A stretch of DNA of 64,000 nt. Source: the human T2T-CHM13v2.0 reference genome, Homo sapiens. Below the pieces are notes generated by a model. It was not told where the DNA came from and ran no database searches. It saw only the letters and a program-made list of their open reading frames with translations. The stretch lies in NCBI RefSeq assembly GCF_009914755.1, contig NC_060942.1, one strand, 5' to 3'. The position numbers and the translations under genes are program-made. Below, piece by piece: positions 58,584 to 64,000 of this stretch. Position 1 is the stretch's first letter; each line of letters begins with the position of its first letter.

Positions 58584-60389
58584 AGCTATTAACCTTTCTG
58601 TGTTATGTCTTTCAAAAGAAAGATTCTTTGTCCTATTCATCATTGTTTCTCCATCACTTGTTACAGAACCCAAGGGTTATGGGCTTGGTTCATCCTTTCT
58701 GAGGAAGTGGGGTAGCAGATGATAGCAAGATAACCCTCGTTTGTAAATACCTTAGTGATGGACTTAACAATCTCTTCTTTAAAAATATAAGTGCAATAAG
58801 ACCTTGACTAAAAGAGTAAGGTTCAGAATTTCCTCATAAAAGGTTCAGCTACACGTTAAAAGGAGAATTGGATTCCAAAGTTTAAAGTGATTCTATGAAA
58901 GCCTTTATTAATATTTTCTGTGTTCACTGAAGGAAAATGAGCAGCTGAGAGCATACTAAATAAGAAGATACCAATGATGCATTACACATCTTTAATTAGT
59001 ACTAATGCGTGCTATGTAATTAATCCAATTTAGCATCCCTTCTCCACTAGAAACATCTCTCTTCCCTGCAGTCTCCACAGAATGGTATAAATGTGTCCTG
59101 ATTTACTGCAAATAAGGTGCTTTCACTTCCTCACAGTGGTTCCCTGTCATGCAAATGCTCTCCACTTTCTGTTCTTGTGAGCTGGGGCTGGTCCCCTGGG
59201 TAACCTACAGAAGACCCAGACGATTTGGGGTAACTTTGGTTTCCTCTAGTTGGCCTAGCTCAGAAGACATTTCTCAAGTTCCTTTTCCAAGATTACGCAG
59301 ATTCGACTCCATCCCTGCTAACTTAAAAGTCCAACTACAGAGGCCACCCGTTCCCCACTCGTATCTCAGCTCCTACCTCGTAACAGACACCAGAGTACGC
59401 TCCAACTTCTGGCCTCATTTTCCTTCAATATAATTAGCCGCACATAAATGCCCTTCTTTATTTTCTACCACTAGTTCCCATTCTGAGAGTTGTAAATCAT
59501 CTCAGCTCGAATTGCCCCTCTTTCGTAATATTTCAAGTTGGGCTATTAACCAACCACCATCCCTTATTCTCTAAAACCCAGGCAATATAACATGACAGTT
59601 GATGATATAGCGAATTGCTCGTTTGACCAGGGACTTGAGATAATACAGTATACAAAGTTGAGCAGTGACTATCTTTTTGATATAGTAGCTTAAAAAATCA
59701 CTTCCATGCTTCAGAATGCAAAGCAATGTGCATATTGCATTACATACTCTGCTAAGTCAAAAAAGAAGATGAGATTCCCTTTTCCACCCCAAAATGTATT
59801 CAGGAAGGATAAGAAAAGAACAAAAATGACTATAGAAGAAGACAATAGCAGAGTCTAGATCAAGGACTAAAACTGGCTATAATCAATCTCACAAGAAACA
59901 AAAACGAATGTATGTTCATTGTTTCTTAGGAGCATGACCTTTTGGAGAAAAGTCTGGAAATCTGACCTTTGGCAGAAAAGATGAAAAACTGATCTAACAC
60001 CATTTTTCTTTGAGAAAAGCTCTTCTCTACACTATATCTGAAGAGCAAAACTTGAACTCATCTATGTCAGGGCCAGGGCTGTGACTAGCCATATAATATT
60101 TCTGTGGGAATTTTTTTTTTTTAATTGCTTTCTTTCCTCCAGCCAGATGCAACCCCTCACCAGGCACGTGGCCTGCTAAATTGAATACAAGCCACATTTT
60201 AGCCCCTTTATCCCCTCAGCCAAAAACCTTTGAGCAGTGACTAAACTGCACCATCTTTCATAACAACCCTCATTAACACCCTACTCAAATTCTTTCAATG
60301 GTTTGTTACTGCTCTCAAGGTAAAATTCAGGTTTCATATTGCAGCCCCAATCTCACTCTCCTCTCTTCTGGAACTGTGATAGACAAATG

Positions 60390-61580
60390 TGAGACTTTTT
60401 AATTCTGTCTTTTGTATCTTGTTATGCCCCTTTTATATTTTTCATCTCATGTGCTGCATTCTGCATAATTTCTCCAGCCCTGTCTTCCAGTTCATTAATT
60501 CTCTCATTAACCATGCCTAATGCTTAATATACCCACTAAGTTTTAAATTTCAATCACTTAATTTTTTGTCTCTGTAAATTCAAATTTTAAAATCTGCTGT
60601 ATCATTTTTATTATTTTCTATACCCTGAAAATATTTTCCAGCTTGTCTATTTGTTTGTTTATCTGTTTCTGAAGTAGTAGGCTTAGTATTGTAAGAAATC
60701 CTTTTTTTCTTTTTTCCTTTGAGACAGGATCTTGCTCTGTCGCTCAGGCTGGAGTGCAGTGGCATGATCACAACTCACTGCAGCCTCAACCTCCCTGGAC
60801 TCAAGTGATCCTCCCACCTCAGCCTCCTGAGTAGCTGGGACTACAGGGGAGCAGCTAATTTTTTAGTGTTTTATAGAGAGAGGGTTTCACCAATGTTGCC
60901 CAGGCTGGTATCAAACTTCTGGGCTCAAGCAATCCACTCGCCTTGGACTTCCAAAGTGCTGGAATTACAGGTATGAGTCACCATGGCTGGCCTTAGGTAA
61001 TTTCAATATCTAAAATTTTGTGGGTCTGTTCTGCTGTGGGTTGTTTGTTTTTCTTTTTAGTGTTTATTCATTCATTAATTTATTACTGTGAGCTATGCAT
61101 TTTCCTTAGAAAATTATTTGAGGGAATTGCTTGAGGCCTCAGATGAAGGTGGGGTTCTCTGATATTTACATTTGCTTCTGTCAGGTTCCTGAAACTATTA
61201 CCAGTCTGGAACAATTCTAAAATGAGTTTATAGCTTGAGGTTTTCTGGACTGCCTGGGTGATGTGAATTTGGGCTGCAAACCCATGAGAAGACTTGTTTT
61301 CCATTATAGTGTCCTTGGGCCAGAGGATTGATTCCTCCTGATGTGCTCAGGTCCAAGAAGACTTTCCTGGAAGGCAAGGCTATTTCTGGTTCATCATTAA
61401 ACATGAAAGGTATAGTCCTTTAGGGCCTCAAGGTTGTGTGTGGAAGATCTTACATTAGATTATTTGCTTGAGCAAGCCCTGGGCTTTGTTTTTTGTGCTC
61501 CTTCATCCAAGGGACCTTGACAACTGAAGTCCAATTTCAGAAAGCACTCTCCATGTTCTATATATTTTGGAGGGTTTCTC
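60390..61580 (-). mobile_element. Old L1ME 5'/ORF1 region, adjoining the HMGN1 pseudogene insertion site
   Basis: tgtgctgcattctgcataatttctcc; tcttccagttcattaattctctc; tttacatttgcttctgtcagg; gatgtgaatttgggctgcaaaccc. Confidence 0.6.
60702..60992 (-). mobile_element. AluJ
   Basis: Reverse-complement dimer. Confidence 0.9.
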
Positions 61581-61597
61581 CCTTTATGTAGATTTTT

Positions 61598-63005
<1,408 letters not shown>

Positions 63006-63042
63006 CCTTTATGTAGATTTTTAAACTAACTCAATAATGCTA

Positions 63043-63381
<339 letters not shown>

Positions 63382-64000
63382 TTATTTCTACTATCTTTTT
63401 TTGGTTACTCATGAAAACAGTCTACTTTTAAAAAGCATGGGCTAAAAAAAGAGGGGGCTAGAAACTATCTGGAACAGTAAAGTATGTCGATGTTTTAGCT
63501 TTTCTTTTTTCTGAAAATATGTGTGATGTGTTTAGATGAGAACCAGAAAAAGGCTTTTCACTGTGTCTGTACTGTTATTCTTTTCATTCCATGGGGTGTT
63601 ACTTTAGCACTTAACTAGAGAAGATGTACACACAGTTATAGAAAGAGCTCGGGGCTCCTCATAGCCCATCAGATTCCACCATTTGATTTACACTGAGTGA
63701 AATGGATTATAAACATTTATAAAAGTCACCAGAGCAAAGGAATAAAGTGTCCTGAGGAGCACCAGGAAAGGAATCAACATTTTAGACTAGAAATATGCTC
63801 ACCAAGTATCTGGGGAGTAAAATGCAAACCACAGTATGTGCAGTTTGGAAATATTGTATTTGTTTTACATATCAGCCTTTACACAGGTCTTCCAAACTTG
63901 CAGACCTGGGCTTTAGTTGATTTCCACTCATGCAGGCCTTACTCATCATCATTTCAAATGTTGCCATCACTATATATTACCATCTTCCACTGTGGCTTAT

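Overview
This is repeat-rich primate genomic DNA (human-like; AluY copies are present), either intergenic or deep intronic. I find no intact protein-coding gene. The only ORF with real protein homology is a 5'-truncated processed pseudogene of HMGN1 (minus strand, 61598-63005). It has a poly(A) tail, a 17-bp target-site duplication (TSD) and an AluSp inserted in its 3'UTR. Most of the rest is about 42 Alu elements or monomers, old L1M/HAL1/L2/MIR fragments, solo LTRs (MER57-, MSTA-, MER68/77-, MER110-, MLT1-, THE1B- and LTR33-like) and hAT/Tigger DNA-transposon relics. Family names come from remembered consensus sequences, not from a database search. The most unusual structure is a complex templated insertion at 31574-31837. 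It joins an inverted, ~96%-identical copy of unique sequence 30127-30326 to a 40-bp direct copy of 32746-32785, and it contains a self-templated hairpin. Also notable are a MER91-like palindrome carrying two convergent CTCF-like motifs (14780-14868), an unexplained ~1.9-kb block splitting an L1MC (18032-19932), and several plus-strand non-coding exon candidates. There is no evidence of prokaryotic systems such as CRISPR arrays or operons.
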